Origin: an uncultured delta proteobacterium
GTDB taxonomy: Bacteria; Desulfobacterota; RBG-13-43-22
NCBI GenBank assembly: GCA_963843145.1
Contig: CAWJJC010000003.1
Coordinates: 1-64,000 of the forward strand
Direction: 5' to 3'
DNA: 64,000 nt
Positions 62,429-64,000 of this stretch are shown one piece after another. The translations under genes were made by a program, and so were the position numbers. Position 1 is the stretch's first letter; every line of letters starts with the position of its first letter. The notes under the pieces were generated by a model. That model saw nothing but the letters and a program-made list of their open reading frames with translations. It was not told the DNA's origin and ran no database searches.

Positions 62429-62776
62429 ATGAAGAAAAAAATTATCGTTTTTTTGACTGCCGGGTTTTGGATCTTGGTACTGTTCAGCGGCTGCCTTCCG
62501 CCCAAGCAGGTTATCGGCGGGTATGAGGATCCGGCCAAGAGGATTCAGCCCGAGGAGGTCGAGAAATCGGGCGAGCGAGCGGAAGAAAAGAAGAAAATGG
62601 AAGCCTTGATCCGAAAGTTGGAGGAAACCGAAAAGCGGCTTTTGGAGATGCAGCGGAAAACCCAGGAGACCTACCAGCGGCTGGAAGAGGCCTCGAAAAA
62701 AACCGAAAGGTCGTTGGAACGCATCGAAAGGGCCGGGGAAAAGATTGAAGCCGTGGGTAAAAAAGAAGCTCCATGA
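62429..62776 (+). CDS. Coiled-coil lipoprotein
   Basis: Lipobox LFSGC; E/K-rich heptads. Confidence 0.7.
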   Translation: MKKKIIVFLTAGFWILVLFSGCLPPKQVIGGYEDPAKRIQPEEVEKSGERAEEKKKMEALIRKLEETEKRLLEMQRKTQETYQRLEEASKKTERSLERIERAGEKIEAVGKKEAP

Positions 62777-63606
62777 GATCAAAAACACGCACACCCCGAA
62801 AATCGCGGGGATGGTTCCAAAAACTGGATCAGGATAATATCTTTTTTTTAGCCTCCGGGCTGGCCTTTGATTTCCTGATCTGCTTTATCCCTTTGATCTT
62901 GGTCATCCTCTCTTTACTGGGATTTTTTCTTAATTCCTCCCAGGAGATTCTGAATTACGTTCGAACCTATCTGGTCCGGATGCTTCCCCAGGCCTCACCT
63001 AAATTGACCGCCAATATCCTGAATCTGGTCAAGGATCGCCAGATCGTCGGGCTAGTGGGTTTTATAGGGTTGATTTGGGCGGCCATGCGCCTCTTCGGTT
63101 CCATTCGGACCGTCCTGAACAAGACCTTGGAAATCGTCTCCCATCATAGCTACCTGCGGGAGAAACTCCATGACCTGCTTTATGTATTAATTACCGGAAT
63201 CCTATTCCTCTTCTCCATCCTCCTGAACAGCATTTTCGATCTGATCCGGACGATCCCGGCCAAGCTGGGGCTGCCTCCTTTGTTGGACCTGAAATGGTGG
63301 GGCTGGACGGCCGGCATCCTGGTGGCCTATTTTTTTTCGGTGTTGATGTTTTTTGTCCTCTTTCGTTTTTTACCCACTCGAAAACCATCCACCCGGGCCG
63401 CCTTTCTTGCGGCCCTGCTCATTGCCGGCCTCTGGGAAGTGGCCAAACACCTTTTTCGTATTTATGTGAATTTTATCAATTCCTTTGCCGCGGTCTACGG
63501 GTCGTTGGGCCTGCTGGTCGTTTTTATCCTTTGGATTTATTATTCTTGCCTGCTTTTTGTCCTGGGCGGGGAGATCATGTGGCTTTTCTCCAGAGAGCGG
63601 TCATGA
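62773..63606 (+). CDS. YihY/BrkB-family membrane protein
   Basis: LASGLAF..FIPL, AVYGSLG..LWIYY. Confidence 0.9.
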   Translation: MRSKTRTPRKSRGWFQKLDQDNIFFLASGLAFDFLICFIPLILVILSLLGFFLNSSQEILNYVRTYLVRMLPQASPKLTANILNLVKDRQIVGLVGFIGLIWAAMRLFGSIRTVLNKTLEIVSHHSYLREKLHDLLYVLITGILFLFSILLNSIFDLIRTIPAKLGLPPLLDLKWWGWTAGILVAYFFSVLMFFVLFRFLPTRKPSTRAAFLAALLIAGLWEVAKHLFRIYVNFINSFAAVYGSLGLLVVFILWIYYSCLLFVLGGEIMWLFSRERS

Positions 63607-64000
63607 CCGGGGCGGGGTTGGTTCAGCAAGTTATCAATGGCCTCAACCTGGGATGCCTCTATGCTTTGATCGCCATCGGCTACACCCTGGTCTACGGGAT
63701 ACTACGTCTGATCAATTTTGCCCACGGGGATGTCTTAATGGTGGCCACTTACTTTTCCTATTACGGGGTAGTGCAGTTTGCCCTGCCCTGGTGGCTGGCT
63801 GCTCTGGTGGCCCTACCGCTGACCGCGTTGCTGGGAGTGGCTATCGACCGGGGGGCCTACCTGCCCGTACGCCGGGCCCCCAGGATTTCGGCCTTGATCG
63901 CGGCCATCGCTGTTTCCTTTTTTCTGGAAAATTTGGGACTGGTAATTTTTGGCGGCCGGCCCAAAGCATTTTACCGCCCGCCCGTGCTGGGAGAAATCGT
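63603..64000 (+). CDS. livH: Branched-chain amino acid ABC permease, 3'-truncated
   Basis: QQVINGLNLGCLYALIAIGYTLVYGILRLINFAHGD. Confidence 0.92.
   Translation, partial: MTGAGLVQQVINGLNLGCLYALIAIGYTLVYGILRLINFAHGDVLMVATYFSYYGVVQFALPWWLAALVALPLTALLGVAIDRGAYLPVRRAPRISALIAAIAVSFFLENLGLVIFGGRPKAFYRPPVLGEI

Noticed and set aside
1-64000. CRISPR array
   Set aside because: No regularly spaced identical repeats with unique spacers and no cas genes seen

Overview
Bacterial chromosome segment, probably from an anaerobic deltaproteobacterium (Desulfobacterota-like; inferred from gene content). It has two halves. 1-36.7 kb is a rearranged accessory region around a PEP-CTERM/exosortase locus (exosortase, PrsK/PrsR, two PEP-CTERM genes, VanZ-LamG, UDP-sugar epimerase). 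It also holds five type II TA pairs plus a PIN fragment, an IS1595 copy, an IS21 remnant, a metacaspase, two near-identical papain (C1A) protease genes, a teneurin-like RHS toxin with a truncated second copy, and a RAYT-like Y1 transposase bounded by 23-bp inverted repeats whose solo copies sit at duplication junctions. 36.7-64 kb is intact core genome: Hsp20 x2, efp, pgk-tpiA-secG-tRNA-Leu, two GAPDH homologues, a PPDK-like protein lacking the pyruvate domain, a UGA/SECIS-bearing HdrD/DsrK-like selenoprotein with a NarI-like partner, an S1 protein and EF-G. Several families of small palindromic elements are spread throughout, including heptamer-periodic inverted arms that enclose a four-helix-bundle gene at one site and are empty elsewhere. 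Many accessory genes have frameshifts that could be sequencing error or real decay. All calls are from reading motifs by eye; no database searches were run.
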